DNA of 34,719 bases from a virus (lineage: Duplodnaviria > Caudoviricetes), in the IMG/VR virus record IMGVR_UViG_3300032216_000682, positions 1 to 34,719 of that record. One strand, 5' to 3'. The notes beneath the pieces are model-generated. The model had not been told where the DNA came from, did not search any database, and worked only from the letters and a program-made list of their open reading frames with translations. This document shows positions 16,435-25,194 of this stretch, in pieces. The translations under genes were made by a program, and so were the position numbers. Within the stretch, counting starts at the first letter, position 1. Each line of letters begins with the position of its first letter.

Positions 16435-17761
16435 GCCGTACCAAGACGAAGCTGCTGACTTTCTCTATGAGAATGACAAGGCAATGATCTTGGCTCCGGT
16501 TGGCGCTGGTAAGACTGCGATTACGCTAACAGCAATGGCTGCGATGATTAAAGACGGCCACGCAAAACGGTTTTTGGTTGTAGCACCCAAGCGCGTTTGT
16601 ACTGATGTGTGGCCTGTCGAATTACCGAAGTGGGCGCCAACTCTCACATTGAATCTAGCTGTCGGTTCTCCGTTAGATCGATTGCGCGCTGTCGATAAAC
16701 CGTCAGATATTGTTGTCATTAACTACGACAATTTGCAATGGTTAGCTGATTACGGTGTGGCCGGATTTGATGCAGTTGTGTTTGACGAGCTGACACGATT
16801 AAAGAACCCATCTGGCGCGAGATTTAAAGCGCTGCATAAGGTAATGGATCAGTTTGCTATCCGCTGGGGCTTGACTGGATCGTTTACTAGCAATGGCCTT
16901 GAAGACGTATTTGGCCAGTGCAAGATCATCGACGAGAAATTGCTTGGCCGTAGCAAGGGCGCGTTTATGCAGCAGCACTTTATTTTGGTTAACCGCGACT
17001 ACGGTGAGTGGATGCCCAAGCGTGGTGGCTTGCAAGCGGTGATGCAGAAGATTAAGCCGGCAACGTATCTGCTAGAGCCTGGCGAGTACAGCGACACGTT
17101 GCCGCCGCTAAACGTCGTTGAAATTCGTAGCACGATGGGCATGACACACTACTCAAAGATGAAGCGAGATTTCGTAGTTGAGTTTGGTGGAGACGATAGA
17201 GCAATAGCAGCAAATGCAGCAGTAGTTACAGGAAAATTGCAACAGATGGCGTCTGGGTTTGTTTATCATACAGAAAAACAAACATTAAACCAACCAGGCA
17301 AGTTTGCTACAACAAAAACTGCCATTTGGTTTAGCACGCATAAGTTTGACCGACTAGACGAACTACTAGAGGAGAATCAACATGCAAATACGATCATTGC
17401 GTATATGTATCAGGAAGAACTTGCAGAGATTAAAAGGCGCTATCCCAAGGTGGTTACGCTGGATGACGAGAACGCAATCGAGCGTTGGAACCGAGGCGAA
17501 GTGGGGTTACTCGCTGTCCATCCAAAATCAGCAGGACATGGGCTTAATTTACAGCACGGCGGCTCCCACATTGTATTTCTGTCGTTGCCGTGGAGCTTGG
17601 AGTTGTACGAGCAAACGATTGGCCGATTGCACCGATCCGGACAAACCAAAAGCGTCTGGTGCTACATCATGATGACCGATAAAACAGTAGACGAAAAAAT
17701 ACTCGGCGTATTAAAAGATAAGCGCGCTATATCAGACGTTGCATTGGAGGAGTTGAAATGA
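16424..17761 (+). CDS. SNF2-like superfamily 2 helicase
   Basis: LRPYQ, GAGKT, VFDELT, GLTGS, GHGLNLQ, QTIGRLHRSGQ. Confidence 0.93.
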   Translation: MQLRPYQDEAADFLYENDKAMILAPVGAGKTAITLTAMAAMIKDGHAKRFLVVAPKRVCTDVWPVELPKWAPTLTLNLAVGSPLDRLRAVDKPSDIVVINYDNLQWLADYGVAGFDAVVFDELTRLKNPSGARFKALHKVMDQFAIRWGLTGSFTSNGLEDVFGQCKIIDEKLLGRSKGAFMQQHFILVNRDYGEWMPKRGGLQAVMQKIKPATYLLEPGEYSDTLPPLNVVEIRSTMGMTHYSKMKRDFVVEFGGDDRAIAANAAVVTGKLQQMASGFVYHTEKQTLNQPGKFATTKTAIWFSTHKFDRLDELLEENQHANTIIAYMYQEELAEIKRRYPKVVTLDDENAIERWNRGEVGLLAVHPKSAGHGLNLQHGGSHIVFLSLPWSLELYEQTIGRLHRSGQTKSVWCYIMMTDKTVDEKILGVLKDKRAISDVALEELK

Positions 17762-17919
17762 CTAACGAAGATAAGTTTTATGAGTGGTGGAATGGTGACG
17801 AAATGGCTGACGATCTTGATGTTGTAAAACACACACCACTTTATTGGGCTATGCAAGGATGGGAAGCTGCATTACGAGAAATGAATAAAGAAGCCGAGAA
17901 GAACGGGGAGAAACTGTAA
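17758..17919 (+). CDS. Hypothetical protein (53 aa, MTNEDKFYEWW...; not in the ORF track)
   Basis: ATGA overlap with the helicase stop; SD GGAGGAG. Confidence 0.75.
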   Translation: MTNEDKFYEWWNGDEMADDLDVVKHTPLYWAMQGWEAALREMNKEAEKNGEKL

Positions 17920-18074
17920 TGGATTTTCAAACAAAGGTAGTGAATGCGATGGTGCAAGTAGAAAAAGGTTGCTCACTAAAAGATTTTTTAAGTGATGAAG
18001 AAATAATAGAGGCACTTGTAATGCTTGCGGACATCCTTGTGATAACAGGTGTACTACCGCCGGAGGAAGTATGA
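17919..18074 (+). CDS. Hypothetical protein (51 aa, MDFQTKVVNA...; not in the ORF track)
   Basis: TAATG overlap upstream, ATGA overlap downstream; SD GGGGAG. Confidence 0.75.
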   Translation: MDFQTKVVNAMVQVEKGCSLKDFLSDEEIIEALVMLADILVITGVLPPEEV

Positions 18075-18469
18075 GCAACTACGACATACACAGTTGCGGA
18101 TACTACTGCGACCAACCTGCTTGCATCGTAGCGCAACGCAATGAGTTGAGAGATAAGTTATTTTCAGAGCAGCCTGACCCGATGGTTTTACACAAATTGG
18201 CGCGTCGATGCTTGTGGATTGCTTATGTATGGAATGACCACAACTTTGATGCGGCATATAAGTGCGCTAGGAAAACGGCAGAAGAATGCGGGGTTCACAG
18301 TTTTGATGACGCAAATGATTGGCTGAACGCTTTGCCACCGCAACGCGAATGGGTAGACCTGACAGACGAAGAAATTGAGGAAGGTCAAAAGCAAAGTTGG
18401 GTTTCTAAGCAAGCATTTGAATCGGCTGTGTGGTGGGCAATGGAAGCATTAAAAGAAAAAAATGCCTAA
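18071..18469 (+). CDS. Hypothetical protein with an N-terminal Cys/His cluster and REWVDLTDEEI motif
   Basis: SD GGAGGA; coupled to the upstream ORF. Confidence 0.75.
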   Translation: MSNYDIHSCGYYCDQPACIVAQRNELRDKLFSEQPDPMVLHKLARRCLWIAYVWNDHNFDAAYKCARKTAEECGVHSFDDANDWLNALPPQREWVDLTDEEIEEGQKQSWVSKQAFESAVWWAMEALKEKNA

Positions 18470-18689
18470 GAAAAAAATTGATTTTGATTGGGAAGCAATC
18501 ATTAACGGCAACCGTATAGGTGTGCATCAAGTAATAGCAAGCATACGTAAGGGTGAGGTAGATGAGCAAGAGCTAGAGAAGTTACAGAACTTTGTGCAAT
18601 TTTCTCTAGCTTTAATGCAACTATCTGGCCCGACTAAATGGGCACAAGCAAAGATGAATGCCGAGATGATGAATTATCTAAAGGAATAA
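18462..18689 (+). CDS. Hypothetical protein (75 aa)
   Basis: Overlaps the upstream stop; packed in the operon. Confidence 0.7.
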   Translation: MPKKKIDFDWEAIINGNRIGVHQVIASIRKGEVDEQELEKLQNFVQFSLALMQLSGPTKWAQAKMNAEMMNYLKE

Positions 18690-18691
18690 GA

Positions 18692-18988
18692 ATGAAAAAA
18701 CCAAATTGGGTTGAGATGAATAAAGCGTTAGCATTTCTTAGTGAGGAGCAGGTATTTATACTGCTTCAAACTGAAATAGAATCCTATTGCAGACCATCAT
18801 ACTTAAATCGTTTACATCAACGCTATTGCGCGCTACGCGACGCCAGAGAGCGCAAAGAAATACTATCGAAAGCTGAAGAAGTAAAGCAAAAATTTCTCTA
18901 CAGTAAAGAAGAAGTAGCGCTAATAAAAAAGAAAGCAGTTTTAACCCGAAGAAAAAACGAAGATAGGAGAGAAAATGAAGAGGAATAA
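18692..18988 (+). CDS. Hypothetical protein (MKKPNW...RLHQRYCALRDARER)
   Basis: SD AAGGA before ATG 18692, in frame with ORF 18638..18988. Confidence 0.7.
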   Translation: MKKPNWVEMNKALAFLSEEQVFILLQTEIESYCRPSYLNRLHQRYCALRDARERKEILSKAEEVKQKFLYSKEEVALIKKKAVLTRRKNEDRRENEEE

Positions 18989-19163
18989 TCACATAAGCAT
19001 AAGTGACCATTACATTTACACACCATCAACTACGGATGTAACTATTCGCTGGCGTGCAAATCATAACTGGGTGCCTCCATCAGAAGACCCAAAGTATATG
19101 AAAAAATGGGCTGAGTTTCGTATGCGCTGCGCTCAAGGTATTGAGCAAATCGTCAATCATTAA
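18975..19163 (+). CDS. Hypothetical protein (62 aa)
   Basis: SD AGGAG; last gene of the arm. Confidence 0.72.
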   Translation: MKRNNHISISDHYIYTPSTTDVTIRWRANHNWVPPSEDPKYMKKWAEFRMRCAQGIEQIVNH

Positions 19164-19191
19164 AAAAAAGCCCAGGCTAGTTGCCTGGGCT
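19162..19191 (-). terminator. Rho-independent terminator at the convergence point
   Basis: AGCCCAGGC-5 nt-GCCTGGGCT with an A8 tract on the plus strand (U-tract on the minus strand). Confidence 0.88.
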
Positions 19192-19223
19192 AAGATGCTG
19201 TTAGTGGCAGCATGAGAAATTAA

Positions 19224-19466
19224 TTAAGCAGCGATATCAAACTCAACCCAAGCATCTACTTCGTCGTCGAAGTACAGCCAAACTTCCAAGTCTTCATCGA
19301 AGTAATAAGCATAGCCAGCGTCGTCGTAATCAACATCATCGCACTCAACGACTTCATCTTGCTCTTCGTCGTAGTAGCAAAGCGTGCCGTCTTCAGCGTA
19401 GAAAAACTCAATTTCATTATCTTCAAGGGTAACAACATCAATTGTTACTAAAATTGCAATAGACAT
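19224..19466 (-). CDS. Ultra-acidic aromatic-rich protein (80 aa)
   Basis: 28 D/E and no K/R/H; SD GGAGA. Confidence 0.8.
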   Translation of the reverse strand: MSIAILVTIDVVTLEDNEIEFFYAEDGTLCYYDEEQDEVVECDDVDYDDAGYAYYFDEDLEVWLYFDDEVDAWVEFDIAA

Positions 19467-19523
19467 AATATCTCCAAGTAGATGCAGCCCCCACGGCCAC
19501 GCATCTATCTTAGCCGACGATTC

Positions 19524-20486
19524 TTACACTTTAAAGACGTTTCCACGGAAATAAATAATGCCTTCTTCCTCATCTAACACTTCGCATAATTCCGGCGGCA
19601 ACAGCTTGCCATTATAGAATGTAAGCACGGCATAGCCTGAGCGGTGGTTCTTTGGGTTATCTTCCGAGTAGCTAAACTGTTGGCCGTTAACGTCTGCCAG
19701 GCTGCCGGTATCGACGCCATAGCGCGTGCCGGTATAGTCAGTCCACGGAGTTACTTTAAGGCTATGCAAGTGCCCTGTAACTATTGACGTGCCCGACTTA
19801 AGGGTATTGTTGTAGATAGCATGTACACCATTATGATAACGATGCTTAATCATGCAACTTTTATTTACCATAACCGATGTTGAAAATTTCCAACGTGGGA
19901 AATGATCGGTTAAGTTCATACCGACTATGCCCTTAAAGCCATCGCCTACCTGAGCGGCCAGACGAGCATTAAAGCGTTGATCGTGATTACCCCACGTCCA
20001 ATGTAACTTCGAGTTAAGCGATGCCGCCTCGATCTCGGATAGACGCTCCTGACACGCTTCAAGCTCCTGCTTAACTGACGGTGTAGCTTCCCACATGCCA
20101 CCAGGTGGATGGCGGCTAATTGATGCGCCATCGAATACGTCGCCGTTCATTACAATCGCTTTAGGCTTTAGCTCTTTCGCAAACAATACAAACGCTCGAT
20201 GCGCCGTTGATACAATGCCAGGCCAGTAGTGACAATCACTAGCGACCATGATTGTCCCGCTATCAAGCTCAAAATTAACGCGAACACCGTTTTCAGGTAT
20301 AGATATTTTAAAATCAGGACTGCGTGGGCTTGCTGCGTTTAGAATGATGCTGTGATTTTGTTCTAACTTGCGACGACGTGCATTTATGCCCCGCACCGAT
20401 ATCCCTGTTTCATTAGCCATATCGGTCACAGATTGCAATCGACGCCAAGTCGAAATAAACTCCTCATCCGATATTTTAGTGGCCAT
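19524..20486 (-). CDS. Calcineurin-like metallophosphoesterase with a putative N-terminal HTH
   Basis: SDCH, NGDVFD, GNHD, KHRYH, GHLH motifs. Confidence 0.9.
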   Translation of the reverse strand: MATKISDEEFISTWRRLQSVTDMANETGISVRGINARRRKLEQNHSIILNAASPRSPDFKISIPENGVRVNFELDSGTIMVASDCHYWPGIVSTAHRAFVLFAKELKPKAIVMNGDVFDGASISRHPPGGMWEATPSVKQELEACQERLSEIEAASLNSKLHWTWGNHDQRFNARLAAQVGDGFKGIVGMNLTDHFPRWKFSTSVMVNKSCMIKHRYHNGVHAIYNNTLKSGTSIVTGHLHSLKVTPWTDYTGTRYGVDTGSLADVNGQQFSYSEDNPKNHRSGYAVLTFYNGKLLPPELCEVLDEEEGIIYFRGNVFKV

Positions 20487-20686
20487 TAGTTCACCTTACG
20501 CACAAACTCCCCACACCAATCAGTTCTATCAGTTACTGGTGAGCAGCTATCATAGCCGCCTTCCATTTCGATTATTGTGGGAGGATATCGGAAACAAAAA
20601 CCTAAATCGTCTTTAGGCTCACATGAAAAGAAAGCACACGATACACACGCGGGCATACAGTCGATGGGGATAGATTTTTTAGGCAT
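20486..20686 (-). CDS. Small Cys-rich metal-binding protein (HiPIP-like spacing)
   Basis: CVSC...GFCFRYPP...DWCGEF; TAATG-coupled to the phosphoesterase. Confidence 0.7.
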   Translation of the reverse strand: MPKKSIPIDCMPACVSCAFFSCEPKDDLGFCFRYPPTIIEMEGGYDSCSPVTDRTDWCGEFVRKVN

Positions 20687-20715
20687 TTAAGCTATATACC
20701 ATACAATTATTAAAA

Positions 20716-21192
20716 TTATGTTAAATATAGAGCGCGTTCATCTTTTCTACGGTTTTCTAAACCTTTAAGTATCTTTCCGCCAGCCTTACAATACTTCAAG
20801 AACTCATCAGCAGCACCAACATAGTCGCCACGGTTATGCTTCTGGCGCAGGGTTGATCGTTGCAGCGTACCTAACCCAACGTTAAAACTAAAGCTCACAA
20901 GAGCGTCAAGCCAGCCTTGATTATTAGAAGCGTTAGGGCAATAGCGCAGAACTCCCGCAACAAACCGATCAAGGTCTTTTTGAAGAATGGCATCGACTTC
21001 CTCCATCGTAAATATTCGATTCCACTCAGTAGGGCAAGGTAGGAGCTTCCTAACATCTACCGACAATTTCGTATGATTAGGATCAATTACGTGGCCAACA
21101 CCGATTGTCCAAAGAAATGCAGGGCACCGATACGGTTTAAGTTTTACGCCTTCATGGTGTTTAATTAGCGTAAGTGCTTTGGCGCTTATCAT
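20716..21192 (-). CDS. Endolysin, GH24 phage lysozyme
   Basis: HEG...YRCPA..WTIGVGH (E-x8-C-x5-T), DALVSFSFNVG, GLENRRKDE. Confidence 0.93.
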   Translation of the reverse strand: MISAKALTLIKHHEGVKLKPYRCPAFLWTIGVGHVIDPNHTKLSVDVRKLLPCPTEWNRIFTMEEVDAILQKDLDRFVAGVLRYCPNASNNQGWLDALVSFSFNVGLGTLQRSTLRQKHNRGDYVGAADEFLKYCKAGGKILKGLENRRKDERALYLT

Positions 21193-21704
21193 TTTCCGAA
21201 TGCACGACCGCCAAAATGAAACGCAATAATCGAAGCGAATAACGCTTGAGTCTCGTCATCCCATAACTGATTGGCCAGTGCGTTAAAGTCAGTACCGCTT
21301 GTAAGTCCTTTGTACGCCAGTACACTATCAATTCCAACCAGTAGAAAGAAGAATCCATACGTAATGACAGGGCGCACACTAGCGCGTAAGTCTTTCATCC
21401 AAGTAGAGGTACCTTCGGAAAGTGCCGAATCATGGGCATAAATAGCTTGCATTTCGGATTTTTGAGCATCCACAAGAGATATTTTCTCATTCGATGCTGA
21501 TTGAGTCTTAATCTCATCTAGCTTAATCTCTTCAATGCGTTGCTGCGCTACAAACCCAGCAGCAGCTAGTTGTAGCTCTCGGTCTGTCTGCATTTGAGCT
21601 AGTTTTAGCTCATGTGATTTATCTGACTTGTCTTGGAAGAAGTCGAGAATCTTAGGCAATCCGCCCATCAAGAAAGACACAAGGGTAGAAAAAATTGTTA
21701 GCAT
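21189..21704 (-). CDS. Holin-like protein (3TM/GTA-holin-like)
   Basis: LRASVRPVITY, hydrophobic segments, IIAFHFGGR; overlaps the lysozyme start. Confidence 0.75.
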   Translation of the reverse strand: MLTIFSTLVSFLMGGLPKILDFFQDKSDKSHELKLAQMQTDRELQLAAAGFVAQQRIEEIKLDEIKTQSASNEKISLVDAQKSEMQAIYAHDSALSEGTSTWMKDLRASVRPVITYGFFFLLVGIDSVLAYKGLTSGTDFNALANQLWDDETQALFASIIAFHFGGRAFGK

Positions 21705-21907
21705 TATTCTCTCTCAAGTAAAATTTTTGCTCGTAAGTCACGCATCTTTTTTATCTCTTCCATTGCTGCAATGGTGGCGTTATTCATATCCATGTACATC
21801 ACGCCCATAATGGGTAACGCAATGATTAACACAAAACACAAAACGATGACGGCGATGAGTAAAGACCACGGTATGTTGCGCTCGTCCTGATTAGAATCAT
21901 TAGCCAT
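21704..21907 (-). CDS. Single-pass membrane protein in the lysis region
   Basis: TM WSLLIAVIVLCFVLIIALPIMGVMY plus a short coiled coil; start uncertain (21907 or 21991); stop coupled to the holin start. Confidence 0.62.
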   Translation of the reverse strand: MANDSNQDERNIPWSLLIAVIVLCFVLIIALPIMGVMYMDMNNATIAAMEEIKKMRDLRAKILLERE

Positions 21908-22437
21908 AGAAACCACATCGTTATGAACAACACTGCGAAAATGGAAGTCATTTGACTTTGGAGTTGCTTTTTTATCTTTGCCCGTCGCCATTGAGCCATC
22001 CGTTGTTTTATTGTTTCTTGCCGCTGAATTTCAGCGCGCTCTGCCTTAACCTTATCTCGCATTACTTCAAATTCTGACCAAATAGCACCTAATTCTGGTG
22101 GAGCTTGATAAACCAACATCTCACGCAGTTCTGTCTCAAGACGCTGCATTTCTTTTTTTGCTAGTACGCGATTAAAAGCCTCCTGATTTAATGACAATTC
22201 AGGATCATGAGCTTTCTTAACCTTTAATTCTTCCTCATGCACATGTTTTTCAAGAGCCTCATGCGATTTGAAAAAACTACTGAGATGCGTGCTAAGGTCG
22301 GAGACGACATCTTTGGCTTGGCCGTAAACGTCCACCAGCTCCATACCTTGTGCTTTGTACTCTCGATATAGTTCGCAGCCTTTTCGTATAGCGGCAGCAG
22401 CAGTTTTTGCAGTAGCAAGAATGGTGATTGGATCAAT
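21826..22437 (-). CDS. Coiled-coil protein with C-terminal TM; probable ATT start (203 aa)
   Basis: The frame is open 31 codons upstream of ATG 22344 to ATT GAT CCA ATC (MDPITIL), with SD AAGGA 6 nt upstream. Confidence 0.72.
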   Translation of the reverse strand: MDPITILATAKTAAAAIRKGCELYREYKAQGMELVDVYGQAKDVVSDLSTHLSSFFKSHEALEKHVHEEELKVKKAHDPELSLNQEAFNRVLAKKEMQRLETELREMLVYQAPPELGAIWSEFEVMRDKVKAERAEIQRQETIKQRMAQWRRAKIKKQLQSQMTSIFAVLFITMWFLWLMILIRTSATYRGLYSSPSSFCVLC

Positions 22438-22456
22438 GGCTTATCCTTCTTAAAGT

Positions 22457-25192
22457 TTATTGCGCTGCATCTTCAGTAGTCATATCTGGCTGCTGCATTT
22501 GAACTGGCTCTTGCATACCCGCTCTTGCGCCACGTAATGCACCGGCTTGTGCATCTTTTACAGCATCTTGTACCCAGTTAATGCCGTACTTCTTTCCTAC
22601 GTCTAGTAACGTTTTAATCTGTTCCGCGCTAATACCTTCAGCACGAGGGGCTATTGTTTTAGCAACCTCTATAAAATCAGCGGGATTTAACAATAATGCT
22701 TTAAGTTTTTTTTCTGTTTCATCTGCGGCTTTATGCGCCCAAAATTTACTAAATAAAGATGAGACAGCATATCTCCATCCAGATACTGGATTAAAAAACC
22801 TAGAAATAAGCTGTTCTATAGGAATACCTGTAGCTTGTTCAAACGGTGTTTTTGGTACAGTTTCAGGACGGAAAGCTACTTGCGTTAAGTCTTTATTCAA
22901 ACGCTCAGAAACTGCCGCAAAGTCAGATACTTTCTTAGAGTAGCCTGGCCCAAATACTCTGTTAAATATAGCGACGTTATCACGGTTATTTAAAAAATCA
23001 ACTGCGTTACCACCTTTGGCCACAATGTCATCCAGCATGTACGCACGCGCAGCATTAACAGCATCTTTGTTAGCGCCATACTGGCGCATGAACTTATTAG
23101 TGAAGTCCACGCTGCTGTACATTTTCTTAACCAAATCTGCCGGATCGCTAATACCTTCTTTACCTAAAATCTGCTGACCTGCCACGCGACGAAACTCGCC
23201 ATCTAACCTAGCCTGTTGAGCGCGTAATGCCTGTACGTTATTAACTGATGCGCGTAATTCATCTTCAAGACCTTCTATACCGGCCATTTTTTGGCTATTC
23301 TTTTGCAGCCATTGATTAGCTGCTTTTGGGTCAATAACGTCATTCTTTAATACCGACTTAGTAAAACTATCGTAAAACGCATCTTTAGCAAGTTGCTGTC
23401 CTTCAGCACCTGTCACACGTAGGAAGTCATCGACATTAGTACGATTAGCAATTAAGGCTGGCGCGATCTGTTCTACAAACTTTTTACGGTCTACTGACTT
23501 AATTGTTTCAGCGTTAAAGGGTAAGCCAACACGTGCTAAGTATGCTTTATCCGCATTGCGATACGCATTAACAAAGTCGGGGTCAAGGCTTTCAATGTGG
23601 CCATTAACGCGGGCTTTTAAGTCATTTAATAGACGTACATTATTTTCATCACGGCTACCGCGCAACTGCTTATTAATTTCTCGTTTTAGCGAATCCAAAT
23701 CTTCAACACTTGCAGCCGCAAACTTAGTACCGCCAGGTATTGCCGGTACACCTTCAGCGGTTAACACTGCGCTTGGCTCAGTTACCGCAGGGCGGAACTT
23801 AGCTTTTACGTTGTTGTATATTGATGGAAACCTAGCAAAAATATCTGCATTTTGTCCAGCCACAACAAATCCATAAATATCATCTACTGCGCTTGCTGGC
23901 AATTCAAGCCCTTTATCAGCAGCGATTTTAAGTGCTTCCGCATATAATGGCTTAGTTGAATCACGGGCATTTTTTTCTTTTTGCCCAATTAATTGTTCAA
24001 CTTTTGTACCAAAAGCTGTTGGATCTAAATCTTGACGGCTATATGCGTCTGATATTTGCTCATCTAAAGAACGTACCTTACGTTGTTGAGCTTTAGCAAT
24101 ATCGTATCCAGTAACCAATGGCTTACCAGCTTCAGCGCGCGCAGCCGCTTCAATCGATATTTTTGATGGGTCACCAAATAGACGAACTTGATTTTTACGT
24201 AAATCATTAACGGCTTGTTCAAACTGCAAACCATATTGAGTACGGAACTTTGGATCGCGCGACGATAGATTTTGAATAAAGCTAACAATAACAGGGTTAT
24301 CAGCAATCAACGATGATATAGGTAATTGCACTTCTGGCGCACCTGGGGCTTTAAGCGATACATTACCTTGTGCCTTAACCGCTGCTTCTACTTTGCTCAT
24401 CATGCTAGGATCAGCTGCCATAGCAGCAATTAATACGTTACTAATGCGGTTATCAACTTCGCGCAAAATTTCATTCTCTGGAGTTAATCCGCGCAATTGA
24501 TCCCATTTACCTTTAGCCGCAGTCCATGCTTTATCACCAACGTTAACTAAACGTGTAGATGTACCTAATACATTTCCAGTAGCAACCCCACCTAACAACC
24601 CACCTACTATGCGACCAGCTGTTGGTGCGTTAACTTTCTGACCAGCAGCTTCACCGGCCATAGCACCAGCTTCACCACCAGCGCCAAATAAAAATTGCTC
24701 TACTGGTGCTAATCCTGCCCTAACTAATGGGCTAGCACGCTGTACTGCTGATAGACCAGGGAATAAATATGATTCGGGTGACGTTACCGCTTCAATGCCT
24801 CTCGCTGTAATAGTTTGGCCAGCTGTAGTTGGCTCTGCACCTGTACTACCAAACAGACGCATTAGCGGATCGTAGCTCGCAGCACGACCAGCTTGAAACG
24901 ATGCTGTTGCGCTAGGTGGAGGCTTTGGAGTTGGAGCACCAACCGCAGTCGCACCTAAAGAAATAGGGTTGATACCCAACGCTGTTAGTTGGTCACTTAA
25001 CGCACGACCTAAACCTGTTAATGTACCGACTGAGCTAGCAAAACCTTTACGCGCTGCTTCTACGCGATAATCGCCCGTAGGAGCAGGAGCAGGAGCAGTC
25101 GCAGCGCCACCGGATAATTCTTCAAGATCGTTATCCGATAGCGGTGTTTCGCTCCGGTACACTTTTCCATCAATAGTGTATTTGTACGCCAT
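22457..25192 (-). CDS. Large internal virion / DNA ejection protein (911 aa)
   Basis: Ala/Gly-rich hydrophobic N-terminal region, helical body, third of three genes after the tail module. Confidence 0.7.
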   Translation of the reverse strand: MAYKYTIDGKVYRSETPLSDNDLEELSGGAATAPAPAPTGDYRVEAARKGFASSVGTLTGLGRALSDQLTALGINPISLGATAVGAPTPKPPPSATASFQAGRAASYDPLMRLFGSTGAEPTTAGQTITARGIEAVTSPESYLFPGLSAVQRASPLVRAGLAPVEQFLFGAGGEAGAMAGEAAGQKVNAPTAGRIVGGLLGGVATGNVLGTSTRLVNVGDKAWTAAKGKWDQLRGLTPENEILREVDNRISNVLIAAMAADPSMMSKVEAAVKAQGNVSLKAPGAPEVQLPISSLIADNPVIVSFIQNLSSRDPKFRTQYGLQFEQAVNDLRKNQVRLFGDPSKISIEAAARAEAGKPLVTGYDIAKAQQRKVRSLDEQISDAYSRQDLDPTAFGTKVEQLIGQKEKNARDSTKPLYAEALKIAADKGLELPASAVDDIYGFVVAGQNADIFARFPSIYNNVKAKFRPAVTEPSAVLTAEGVPAIPGGTKFAAASVEDLDSLKREINKQLRGSRDENNVRLLNDLKARVNGHIESLDPDFVNAYRNADKAYLARVGLPFNAETIKSVDRKKFVEQIAPALIANRTNVDDFLRVTGAEGQQLAKDAFYDSFTKSVLKNDVIDPKAANQWLQKNSQKMAGIEGLEDELRASVNNVQALRAQQARLDGEFRRVAGQQILGKEGISDPADLVKKMYSSVDFTNKFMRQYGANKDAVNAARAYMLDDIVAKGGNAVDFLNNRDNVAIFNRVFGPGYSKKVSDFAAVSERLNKDLTQVAFRPETVPKTPFEQATGIPIEQLISRFFNPVSGWRYAVSSLFSKFWAHKAADETEKKLKALLLNPADFIEVAKTIAPRAEGISAEQIKTLLDVGKKYGINWVQDAVKDAQAGALRGARAGMQEPVQMQQPDMTTEDAAQ

Positions 25193-25194
25193 AA

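Noticed and set aside
22224-22436. 70-aa TTG-start ORF
   Set aside because: One base out of frame from the ATT start that extends the real gene; its translation is not protein-like.
25079-25098. (GGAGCA)n tandem repeat as a phase-variable tract
   Set aside because: In-frame hexamer encoding an APAPAP linker.
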